A DNA stretch of 64,000 bases from an uncultured Collinsella sp. (GCA_900763515.1 CAAFKO010000019.1:1684-65683), one strand, 5' to 3'. Positions 35,910 through 43,952 are shown, numbered from the stretch's first letter. Program-made: numbers and translations. The notes: a model not told the origin generated them from the sequence alone.

Positions 35910-36767
35910 ATGGCACTTGTTACCACCGAAAAGATGCTCAAGGACGCTCAGGCCGGCCATTACGCCGTTGGCGCGTTCAACGTCGAGAACCTCGAGTTTG
36001 TTATGGCCGTTCTGGCCGCTGCCGAGGAGACCAAGTCCCCCGTCATCATGCAGACCACCCCGGGCACCATCAAGACCGCTGGTCTGGACTACTTCTACGG
36101 CATGGTCAAGGCTGCCGCCGAGCGCGCTTCCGTGCCTGTCGCTCTGCACCTCGATCACGGCGATGGCTATGACCGCTGCATGCAGGCTTTCCGCACGGGC
36201 TACACCTCTGTCATGATTGACGGTTCGCACGAGTCCTTCGAGGACAACATCGCTCTGACCAAGTCCGTCGCCGATGCTGGCCGCGCCATGGGCGTGCCCG
36301 TCGAGGCCGAGCTCGGTAAGGTTGGCGGCAAGGAGGACGACGGTCCCGCGGTTGAGGGCGAGAGCCCCTACACCGATCCGGCCGAGGCCAAGGAGTTCGT
36401 CGAGCGTACCGGCTGCACCTCGCTGGCCATTGGCGTTGGCACCAGCCACGGTGTGTACACGAGCGATCCGCACATCGAGCAGTCCGTGGTCAAGGCCATC
36501 CGCGACGCCGTCGACGTGCCGCTGGTTCTGCACGGCACCTCTGGTGTGCCCGATGAGCAGGTTGCCGAGGCTGTGAAGAACGGCATCTGCAAGGTCAACT
36601 ACGCCACCGAGCTGCGTCAGGCCTACACCAAGGGCTTCATGGCCTACATGGCCGAGAACCCTGCCTGCTTCGATCCCAAGAAGCCGGCCAAGGAGGGCAT
36701 GCGTGAGATCACCGAGCTGGTTAAGATCCGCATGACCAACCTCAACTCTGTGGGCAAAGCAGAGTAA
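35910..36767 (+). CDS. Class II ketose-bisphosphate aldolase (tagatose-1,6-bisphosphate / fructose-bisphosphate aldolase family)
   Basis: Start MALVTTEKMLKDAQAGHYAVGAFN has GAGGAG upstream (the ORF is open from 35769). Metal-site blocks are ALHLDHG and LVLHGTSG. Confidence 0.85.
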   Translation: MALVTTEKMLKDAQAGHYAVGAFNVENLEFVMAVLAAAEETKSPVIMQTTPGTIKTAGLDYFYGMVKAAAERASVPVALHLDHGDGYDRCMQAFRTGYTSVMIDGSHESFEDNIALTKSVADAGRAMGVPVEAELGKVGGKEDDGPAVEGESPYTDPAEAKEFVERTGCTSLAIGVGTSHGVYTSDPHIEQSVVKAIRDAVDVPLVLHGTSGVPDEQVAEAVKNGICKVNYATELRQAYTKGFMAYMAENPACFDPKKPAKEGMREITELVKIRMTNLNSVGKAE

Positions 36768-36800
36768 CAGCAAGGGTACTCCGACTCGCTATATATCCCG

Positions 36801-36925
36801 GGGAGGGACGAGGGCTTAGTTCCCCAATCGTCCTCGGGCATGCAAAAAGCCTCGCTGCGCACTTCGTGCGGCGAGGCTTTTTGCCCCCTGCGGAAAGATT
36901 GGTGAACTAAGCCCTCGTCCCTCCC
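36801..36925 (+). repeat. Compound palindromic element E1 (conserved-core family)
   Basis: 21-bp outer stem GGGAGGGACGAGGGCTTAGTT / AACTAAGCCCTCGTCCCTCCC. Core TCCTCGGGCATG (36831-42), inner stem AAAAAGCCTCGC/GCGAGGCTTTTT, apical TGCGCACTTCGTGCG, core CCTGCGGAAAG (36887-97). Confidence 0.8.
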
Positions 36926-36946
36926 AGGTTGACCTACTCGAGGTCG

Positions 36947-37073
36947 TCGCCCTTGTGGCGTTAGGGCGGAAAATAATAAGAAGCCTTCGCGCTGCGGAAT
37001 GATTTTGGAAACTAAGTACGGGGACCCGCCCAAGCCGTCCTGCTCGATCGCCCTTGTGGCGTTAGGGCGGAAA
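36947..37073. repeat. 26-bp direct repeat pair flanking a half-copy of the E-family element
   Basis: TCGCCCTTGTGGCGTTAGGGCGGAAA occurs at 36947-36972 and 37048-37073. GCTGCGGAATGATTTTGGAAACTAAG (36991-37016) matches the 3' half of E2. Confidence 0.75.
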
Positions 37074-37573
37074 TGGGTGGGGCGTCAGGGCTTCTTTGTT
37101 GATGAGGGGCTAGTATGCCCGGGCTTGGTTGGGGAATGACTTGTTTAGGGATGCTTGGAGCTTTTCGAACGATGCTCGCAAGTTGAGGTTTTGGTCGGTT
37201 GAGCGTTTTGGCTGCGAGGTGGGGGAGTCGAGGAGGCCGTTTCTCTGTGTCGGGGGGAAGGAGAAAAGGTCTGCATGTTTTAGGGATGGCTGCTGTGCTG
37301 CGTCATTGGAAGAATGCAAGCTTATGCGGCCTCCTCGATGTCCACCAAAAGGTTGCGCACGGGGTGTGCTGCTAGGTCCCGTGCGTTGGCAGTATTATGC
37401 CGCGGCTGCTGCAAAGAAGCGCTAAAGAAAGGCTTAACCTGGTTTGGTGTTACGATGAAACTGCAGGTAAGAGGTATCGAGTAACACTCTTGAAAGGTTG
37501 GGGGCTTAAGGGCTTTCTAAGGTTTGTGACGTGGATGTGGCACGGACGTGCGGGGCGTGTGGACGGCTCGTTC

Positions 37574-38563
37574 CTAGCGCTGCGGCTCTGCAGTGCGCAC
37601 CTGCTCGATGACCTTTTCCATGGTGGCGTCGATGCGGTCCTTTTTGAGTTCGCATTCCCAGATGGTTATGGGCGTCCAGCCCATTTGGGTAAGCGCGTCG
37701 ATGGCAGCGCGGTCGCGCTCGACGTTGCGACGGAACTTTGCCTCCCAAAACTCAACGTTGCGCTTGGGCTGGCTGGGGCTGCACTTGGGGCAGCGGTGCC
37801 AAAAGCAACCGTTGACGAAGATGGCGATCTTGCGGCCGGGGAAGGCGATGTCGGGCTTGCCGGGAACCTTCCATTCCAAGCGATAGCCCGTAAGACCTGC
37901 TGCCCGCAGGCGCTGGCGAACGAGCAGCTCGGGTTTGGTGTTCGCACGCTTGTTGCCCTTCATGGACTTTTTGATGGCGGCGCGACGGCGCACCAGTTCG
38001 CGCTCGTCAGCGGAAAGGTCCGAGGTATCGATGCCGTCGAGCAGATCTGGTTTGGGACGCTTTTTGCTGCGGCGCTTAGGTGCGCGCTTGGGCCTGGAAG
38101 CGGGCTCGTCGGTCGTGGTGGCCTCGGCGTCGTTGGCAGTGCTGTTGGCCTCGAGCCGGTCTTCCTTCAGCTCAATCAGGGCATCAATGAGCCCTTTGTC
38201 GGCGGGCATCCATTCCACCGTGGCAAGTGAAGTGCGTGGAATCCAGCGGATATCAAGCTGGCGGTCGTGCTTCTGGGGCTCGCCGGACTCTTTGGCCATC
38301 GAGCAGTAGTAGCACTCCATGGAGAGATGGAAATCGGGGTAGTCATACTCAACGGTGTAAAAATCGCGCAGGTTGGTGACTTTTACCTGCAGCTCTTCCA
38401 TGAGCTCGCGGCGTACGGCGTCTTCGGGTGTCTCGCCGCGCATGAGCTTGCCGCCGGGAAACTCCCAAAGTCCCTGCATGTCGCCGTAGCCGCGCTGCAC
38501 GGCAAGCAGCTCATCGGATCCTTCCTTGCGAATGATTCCAGCGGCAACATGAACAGTCTTCAA
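37574..38563 (-). CDS. vsr: NUDIX (MutT-like) hydrolase fused to Vsr very-short-patch repair endonuclease
   Basis: One open frame. The TTG start at 38563 is preceded by GGGAGGA. Residues 1-135 are MutT-like (VAAGIIRK, Nudix box GGKLMRGETPEDAVRRELMEELQV). A basic linker follows. The C-terminal Vsr has NTKPELLVRQRL, PGKPDIAF, VNGCFWH, FWEAKFRRNVERD and IWECEL. Confidence 0.8.
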   Translation of the reverse strand: MKTVHVAAGIIRKEGSDELLAVQRGYGDMQGLWEFPGGKLMRGETPEDAVRRELMEELQVKVTNLRDFYTVEYDYPDFHLSMECYYCSMAKESGEPQKHDRQLDIRWIPRTSLATVEWMPADKGLIDALIELKEDRLEANSTANDAEATTTDEPASRPKRAPKRRSKKRPKPDLLDGIDTSDLSADERELVRRRAAIKKSMKGNKRANTKPELLVRQRLRAAGLTGYRLEWKVPGKPDIAFPGRKIAIFVNGCFWHRCPKCSPSQPKRNVEFWEAKFRRNVERDRAAIDALTQMGWTPITIWECELKKDRIDATMEKVIEQVRTAEPQR

Positions 38564-38711
38564 CAGGAGTCCTCCCTCAACATCAATACGTAACAGGGTG
38601 GCTACCCGTACCTTACACAACGGTAAGGCAAGCGTAAGCCATATCGATGGTAGCCGACTCGTCTTCTTGCGACTATAGATGCCGTAGACTAATCGCAAGA
38701 AAGGACTCGGT

Positions 38712-39497
38712 ATGCAAACCACGCACATGGCGACCCCGGTACTGGAGGTCGCGCATCTCGAAAAGGTATACGGAGCGCTGGGCAACGTGACCCGTGCGCT
38801 CAACGACGTCAGCTTTACCGTCAACCGCGGCGAATTCGTTGGCATCATGGGCGCTTCGGGCTCGGGCAAGTCGACGTTGCTCAATTGCGTCTCGACCATC
38901 GATAGCGCCACGAGCGGCACCATCCGCATCAACGGGCAGGACGTAACACGCATGAAGCAGGCTAAGCTTTCGCAGTTCCGCCGCGAGGAGCTCGGCTTTA
39001 TCTTCCAGGACTCCAACCTGCTCGATACGCTCACGGCACGCGAGAATATCGCCCTGCCGCTCACCATCGCCCGCACAAACTCGGCAGAGATCTCAACCCG
39101 CGTGCAGGATGTGGCAGCGCGCCTGTCCATCAGTCAGGTGCTCGACAAGTATCCCTACCAGATGTCCGGCGGTCAGCAGCAGCGCGTTGCCGCGGCTCGC
39201 GCACTCGTCACCGACCCCACCATGATCATGGCCGACGAGCCCACCGGCGCCCTCGATTCCAAGAGCGCCCGCCTGCTGCTCGAGAGCCTGGAGGCCCTTA
39301 ACCGCCGCCTACACGCCACCGTGCTCATGGTCACGCACGACAGCTTTGCTGCCAGCTACACGAGCCGTGTACTGTTTATTCGCGACGGCAAGATCTTCAC
39401 CGAGCTGCGCCGCGGCGACACCGACCGCCGAGAGTTCTTCGACCGCATTATGGAGGTCGTTGCCATGATGGGCGGTGAGGGCTCCGATGCTCTGTAA
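38712..39497 (+). CDS. ABC transporter ATP-binding protein (BceA/MacB-type)
   Basis: Walker A GASGSGKST, signature MSGGQQQR, Walker B IMADEPT. Confidence 0.88.
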   Translation: MQTTHMATPVLEVAHLEKVYGALGNVTRALNDVSFTVNRGEFVGIMGASGSGKSTLLNCVSTIDSATSGTIRINGQDVTRMKQAKLSQFRREELGFIFQDSNLLDTLTARENIALPLTIARTNSAEISTRVQDVAARLSISQVLDKYPYQMSGGQQQRVAAARALVTDPTMIMADEPTGALDSKSARLLLESLEALNRRLHATVLMVTHDSFAASYTSRVLFIRDGKIFTELRRGDTDRREFFDRIMEVVAMMGGEGSDAL

Positions 39498-41724
39498 ACT
39501 CGCTTGGGGCAACGTCCGCCGCGCCGGCCGCGACTACCTCGTCTACCTTTTGACGCTCACCCTGGGCGTCACGGTCTTCTATGCCTTTAACACCATCTCG
39601 ATGCAGGTCGACATCGCCGGCATCGATGAAGAGGGCTTGGCGCAGGTTATGGGCAGCATGCTCGGCAACCTGACGTACTTTTTGGCCGGTGTCATGGCCT
39701 TTTTGATGGTGTATGCCAATAACTTCATCATGAAACGCCGCAAGAAGGAGTTTGGCCTGTATCAGGTGCTCGGCATGGGGCGCGGACGCGTCGCCACGAT
39801 CATGGCGCTCGAGACGGTGATTGTCTCGGTCGTGGCCTTTGTCGCCGGCATTGTGCTGGGTGTGGGACTCTCCCAGCTCATGACGTTCTTTACGGCCTCG
39901 CTCTTTAAGACACAGATCGCCAATTTCCACTTCTTTTTCTCGGTGCATGCGTTCAATCTGACCCTTGCCTGCATGCTCGTAATGTTTGTGCTCACGCTAC
40001 TGCTGAACCTTCGCGCCGTGCGTCGTACCAAACTCATCGAGCTTATGGGTGCCGAGCGTCGCAACGAGAGCATCAAGACGCGCAACCCCTGGATCGCGAT
40101 TGCCATCTTTGCCGTGGGCGTGGTGCTTGTGGGCGTGGCCTATTACCGTCTGCTACGTGATGGGTTCCCGCTAACCGCGACGGACAGCAAGCTGCAAGAG
40201 GCCATGAACCAGTTTGGTATTACGACCGCTATGGTTACCGTGGGCACCTTTGCCCTGTTCTGGGGACTCTCGGGCATGCTTATCAAGCTGCTGCAGAGCC
40301 TGCGCAGCGTGTATTGGCGCGGCCTCAATATGTTTACCGTGCGCCAGCTTGCGGCCAAGGTCAACACGGTGTGCTTTTCGATGGGCGTCATCGCGATGCT
40401 CCTGTTTTTGGCCATCACCTCGGTGACGTGCGGTATGTCGATTGCCAACGTGATGAACGAAAACCTGGAGCGCTATAACCCTGTTGACGTGTCTCAGACG
40501 TATGTCTATTACACGCCCGATACGCTCGACTACTACAAAAAGTATGTCAATCCGTCTGAGGCTGATCGCATGGCGCTGGCCGATAGTACGGTCGATTTGT
40601 ACTCCGCATGGCACGGCGATCGTGTCGACCCCGATAACGTTGCAGACGGTATTAAAGGCAAGTCGGCGGACAACAACGACGAGACCGGCAAGAAGGTCAA
40701 TATCGCCGATGTTGCCGGTGAGCATGTGCAGATCGATTCGTATCTGAGTTACCCGCTTGGCGGCTCGGATCCTTCGGTGACCCCAAGTGAGATGTGCAAG
40801 ACCATGGGCGAAAAGCTTCCCAAGGCGTTCGGGGGTAGCAATGCCGACATGACAGGCCTGTCTGTGACGCCGGCAAGTCAGTACAACAAACTGCGCCAGA
40901 TGATGGGCAAGGAGCCGGTGCACATCGGTCACGACCAGTATCTGCTCACGTGTGATATGGGCGGCGAGCTGGTCGACCTGTACACCAAGTATATGGCTGG
41001 CGGCCATACCCTTACCTTGGGCGGGCATACGCTCAAGCCCGCAACCGATAAGTCGGACGAAGATACGGCGGCCATCGCCAACTCGGCGATGGGCAGTAAT
41101 GGGGGTACCGTCGTCGTTGCCGACGAGCTGTTGTCCCAACTTAATCTGCAGCCGTATTCCAGTAGTCTGCTCGTTAACTACAAACAGGGGATGGATACGA
41201 CCGAGGCAGACGAGAGTATTAAATACACTGTGCTCGACAATCTGCTCGTTGACGGCAAGGAGCCGGGGTCGTGGGGAACCTTCATCACACGCTCCGAGAT
41301 GTACGCGCAAGCAGCGCAAATGAACGGTCTTATTAGCTACCTAGCCATCTACATCGGCTTTGTATTGGTCGTTGCATGCGCGGCGATTCTGTCGATTCAG
41401 CAACTCTCCAACGTGGCCGACGGCAGCCGCAGCTATCGTGTGCTGGCGCAGATTGGCTGTGACGACCGCCAGATTCGCCATTCGGTGATGGCACAGCAAG
41501 CGGTATTCTTCCTGTTCCCGCTGGCAGTGGGCCTGGCGCACTCCTTTGTGGCACTCAAGGTGATCATCGAGCTGGTGAGCATTTTCGGAAATATGAGCAT
41601 CGGCGGCACCGTGGGCCTCACCTGTGCGATTTTCCTGGCAGCATACGGTGGCTACTTCCTGGTGACCTACCTCATGAGCACCGGCATGGTGCGAGCCGCC
41701 ATCGCTACCCGCTACAGCGAGTAA
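39487..41724 (+). CDS. FtsX-family ABC permease with large extracytoplasmic domain (BceB-like)
   Basis: MLCKLAWGNVRRAGRDY is a typical FtsX-family N-terminus. About 10 hydrophobic segments are present, with a hydrophilic domain of about 250 aa in the middle. It overlaps the ATPase gene by 11 nt. Confidence 0.8.
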   Translation: MLCKLAWGNVRRAGRDYLVYLLTLTLGVTVFYAFNTISMQVDIAGIDEEGLAQVMGSMLGNLTYFLAGVMAFLMVYANNFIMKRRKKEFGLYQVLGMGRGRVATIMALETVIVSVVAFVAGIVLGVGLSQLMTFFTASLFKTQIANFHFFFSVHAFNLTLACMLVMFVLTLLLNLRAVRRTKLIELMGAERRNESIKTRNPWIAIAIFAVGVVLVGVAYYRLLRDGFPLTATDSKLQEAMNQFGITTAMVTVGTFALFWGLSGMLIKLLQSLRSVYWRGLNMFTVRQLAAKVNTVCFSMGVIAMLLFLAITSVTCGMSIANVMNENLERYNPVDVSQTYVYYTPDTLDYYKKYVNPSEADRMALADSTVDLYSAWHGDRVDPDNVADGIKGKSADNNDETGKKVNIADVAGEHVQIDSYLSYPLGGSDPSVTPSEMCKTMGEKLPKAFGGSNADMTGLSVTPASQYNKLRQMMGKEPVHIGHDQYLLTCDMGGELVDLYTKYMAGGHTLTLGGHTLKPATDKSDEDTAAIANSAMGSNGGTVVVADELLSQLNLQPYSSSLLVNYKQGMDTTEADESIKYTVLDNLLVDGKEPGSWGTFITRSEMYAQAAQMNGLISYLAIYIGFVLVVACAAILSIQQLSNVADGSRSYRVLAQIGCDDRQIRHSVMAQQAVFFLFPLAVGLAHSFVALKVIIELVSIFGNMSIGGTVGLTCAIFLAAYGGYFLVTYLMSTGMVRAAIATRYSE

Positions 41725-41761
41725 CAAGCGGGCAAAACCGTCGCAAAATTAGAGGCGTATG

Positions 41762-41803
41762 ACCGCCGCGAAGGGACCAGGGGCCCTTTCGCGGCGGTTT
41801 TTG
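41762..41803 (+). terminator. Rho-independent terminator after the permease
   Basis: The stem ACCGCCGCGAA...TTCGCGGCGGT is followed by TTTTT. Confidence 0.75.
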
Positions 41804-42000
41804 CCAATCTGGTGCGTCTCAGATACAAGTGAGTAGACTTTTTTGAACCTGCCGAGCACATCGCGACAAATGATCGATGAAACCGCAGGTTAGAGCTGTG
41901 GCGTTTTAGGGCGTGCTCGGCCTTCTGCAAAAAGCCTACTCACTTGGTTTTTCTGCTAGAAGACCGCCACGAGGGAAGGCAACTCCCTTACGTCGGTTTG

Positions 42001-42053
42001 GACGTTTGCCCAGATAAAACCTGCCAAAATAAACCTGTCCCTTTTTGGCAGGT
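42001..42053. repeat. Hairpin repeat with GGGACAGG loop (copy D, inverted partner of 43473-43525)
   Basis: GACGTTTGCCCAGATAAAACCTGCCAAAATAAACCTGTCCCTTTTTGGCAGGT. The stem is ACCTGCCAAAA/TTTTTGGCAGGT. On the minus strand it reads as a hairpin followed by TTTTAT. Confidence 0.75.
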
Positions 42054-42091
42054 GGTTTCAGCTGAACGGCGGGCGGTGCGGCTTGTAGTCA

Positions 42092-42135
42092 TTGGGGACG
42101 TTCTTAAACGACTAGTCAAACAAGAACGTCCCCAA
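42092..42135. repeat. 14-bp perfect hairpin
   Basis: TTGGGGACGTTCTT - 16 nt - AAGAACGTCCCCAA. Confidence 0.7.
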
Positions 42136-42203
42136 CGATTACCCAAAAGGAGCGTCTCCAAGTGCCAGCTCTGGCAACGACGCAGGTAGAAAAACGTCAG
42201 CGA

Positions 42204-42302
42204 AAACCCGCCAGAGCGAGCAAGGTGCCTTGAAGCGAGGCGGCATTGACCTTTTGGTCATGCCGTCGAAGCTGAAAGGCAGATTGCCGCTCTGGCGGGT
42301 TT
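42204..42302. repeat. 15-bp inverted repeat pair with 69-nt spacer
   Basis: AAACCCGCCAGAGCG (42204-42218) and CGCTCTGGCGGGTTT (42288-42302). Confidence 0.7.
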
Positions 42303-42315
42303 ACAGCGTCGAGCC

Positions 42316-42343
42316 GTTACGCGGTTTGGTAAAACCGCGTAAC
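42316..42343 (-). terminator. 12-bp perfect hairpin touching the DAHP synthase stop codon
   Basis: GTTACGCGGTTT GGTA AAACCGCGTAAC. No U-run follows, so terminator function is uncertain. Confidence 0.45.
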
Positions 42344-43374
42344 TAAATCCGCTCCGCGATCTCGTGGATGAGGTAGTCGGTCTTTTCCCAGCCCAGGCAC
42401 GGGTCGGTGATCGATTTACCAAAGACACCGCCATCGACTGGCTGGTTGCCGTCCTCAAGGTAGGACTCGATCATAAAGCCCTTGACCAGCTTGGAGATGG
42501 ACTCGTTACGGCGGCAGCTGTCGAGCACCTCCTTGCAAATGCGATACTGCTCCAGCGGACGTTTGCCCGAGTTGTCGTGGTTGCAGTCGATGACCGCTGC
42601 CGGATTGGCATAGCCGGCATGCTCGGTATAGCGTTCGGCCAGGCGTTCCAGGTGTTCGTAGTGGTAGTTGGGGTAGGTGCGCCCATCGAGACCGATGTAG
42701 CCACGCATAACGGCGTGTGCGAGCGGGTTGCCGTCGCACTCGACCTCCCAGTTGCGGAAGATGAAGCTCTGGTGCGCCTGGGCGGCGTAAATTGAGTTGA
42801 GCATAACGGTGGTAGAGCCGGCAGTGGGATTCTTCATGCCGACGGGTACCGAAATGCCGCTCGACACCAGACGGTGCTCCTGGTTCTCTACCGAGCGTGC
42901 GCCCACGGCGACATAGCTCAGCAGGTCAACGAGGTATTGGTAGTTGGACGGATAGAGCATCTCGTCGGCGGTGAAGAAGCCCGTTTCCTCAATAACGCGC
43001 AGGTGCATATGGCGGATGGCCTTGACGCCCTCGAGCAGGTCGTCGGGAGCCTCGGGGTTGGGGTTGTGCAGAAGACCCTTGTAACCGGTGCCCTTGGTGC
43101 GCGGCTTATTGGTGTAGACGCGCGGAATGATGATGAGCTTGTCCTTGACCTCTTCGGCGGTCTTGGCCAGTCGGTTCATATACTCGAGCACCGAATCCTC
43201 GCGGTCGGCAGAGCACGGGCCGATGATGAGCACCTTACGTGCGTCCTCGCCGGTAAAGACCTTGGCGACCTCGGAGTCGAATGCCTGTTTCTTAGCGGTA
43301 AGCTCGGCGGAAAGCGGCATTTCCTCGCGGATCTCCATGGGGATCGGCAGCCTGCGTTTGAATTCCATGGCCAT
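42343..43374 (-). CDS. aroG: 3-deoxy-7-phosphoheptulonate (DAHP) synthase, class I
   Basis: 343 aa with LIIGPCSADRED and IIPRVYTNKPRTKGTGYKGLLHNP. Isozyme assignment is not possible. Confidence 0.85.
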   Translation of the reverse strand: MAMEFKRRLPIPMEIREEMPLSAELTAKKQAFDSEVAKVFTGEDARKVLIIGPCSADREDSVLEYMNRLAKTAEEVKDKLIIIPRVYTNKPRTKGTGYKGLLHNPNPEAPDDLLEGVKAIRHMHLRVIEETGFFTADEMLYPSNYQYLVDLLSYVAVGARSVENQEHRLVSSGISVPVGMKNPTAGSTTVMLNSIYAAQAHQSFIFRNWEVECDGNPLAHAVMRGYIGLDGRTYPNYHYEHLERLAERYTEHAGYANPAAVIDCNHDNSGKRPLEQYRICKEVLDSCRRNESISKLVKGFMIESYLEDGNQPVDGGVFGKSITDPCLGWEKTDYLIHEIAERI

Positions 43375-43472
43375 AGGGGCCTCCTCAATCTATAGAAAGA
43401 GCAATAAGCGTATTCTCGAATGCTCGGCATTATCCGCTGTCGCACGCTAAAGTGCAAGCCCTTGCCACCCCG

Positions 43473-43525
43473 AAACCTGCCAAAAGGGACAGGTTTATTT
43501 TGGCAGGTTTTATATGGGGGAACGT
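43473..43525. repeat. Hairpin repeat with GGGACAGG loop (copy C)
   Basis: Stem AAACCTGCCAAAA/TTTTGGCAGGTTT, loop GGGACAGGTTTA, then TATATGGGGGAACGTC. It is the reverse complement of 42001-42053 over about 50 bp. Confidence 0.75.
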
Positions 43526-43598
43526 CGGCGGATACCGGGAGGGAGTGGCGTCGCGCGGGACCCTAAGGCTATTGTCGGTTCCCCAGGAAACACCCTGT

Positions 43599-43825
43599 GG
43601 GCAAAAAATGCCAAATATGAGTACGGTTGCTAGCTTAGTAGCATATTGCCTTCGCAAAATAATAGACATAACAGCAAAATATGTTCATTAACGCAAACAC
43701 ATATAAGTCCGCTATAGGGCTGTTTGATCAATTTAGGGACGCGTGTAAGCCGTGAAAACGGCATTTGGGGCTGTTTTGGCTGTTACTAAAAGGGTAACAG
43801 TACTCATATTTGCCATTTTTTGCCC
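43599..43825. repeat. MITE-like element: 26-bp perfect terminal inverted repeats around a 175-bp AT-rich core
   Basis: GGGCAAAAAATGCCAAATATGAGTAC (43599-43624) is the exact reverse complement of 43800-43825. The interior is visibly AT-richer than its flanks and has no credible ORF. Confidence 0.7.
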
Positions 43826-43885
43826 TCGGGGCCTCGAAGGGGCTGTCAATCAGGTCCCAGGGGAGGCGGTTTGAGGGCCGCAGAG

Positions 43886-43920
43886 CAAAAACGGGGGCGC
43901 AGGTTGTCCTGCGCCCCCGT
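43886..43920 (-). terminator. Rho-independent terminator of the marR-ABC operon
   Basis: On the minus strand, the stem ACGGGGGCGCAGG/CCTGCGCCCCCGT is followed by TTTTTGCTC. Confidence 0.8.
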
Positions 43921-43952
43921 TCTCGGGCGTTATTCGTTCCCCGCGGCAGAAT

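Noticed and set aside
37129-37573. Possible tmRNA or other housekeeping ncRNA, suggested by GGGGAATGAC... and an Ala-rich reading AAAAAKKR-stop at about 37400.
   Set aside because: No tRNA-like 3' end (T-arm GGTTCGA-type, CCA) is present, nor the 5' GGGG..TTCGAC acceptor pattern. The putative tag does not resemble ssrA tags. The region is left as unexplained.
37574-39130. 518-aa ORF in the track taken at face value as one protein.
   Set aside because: The upstream 189 codons (38564-39130) run antisense through the promoter and 5' half of the ABC ATPase gene and have no motifs. The MutT-like domain begins at TTG 38563 with a GGGAGGA RBS.
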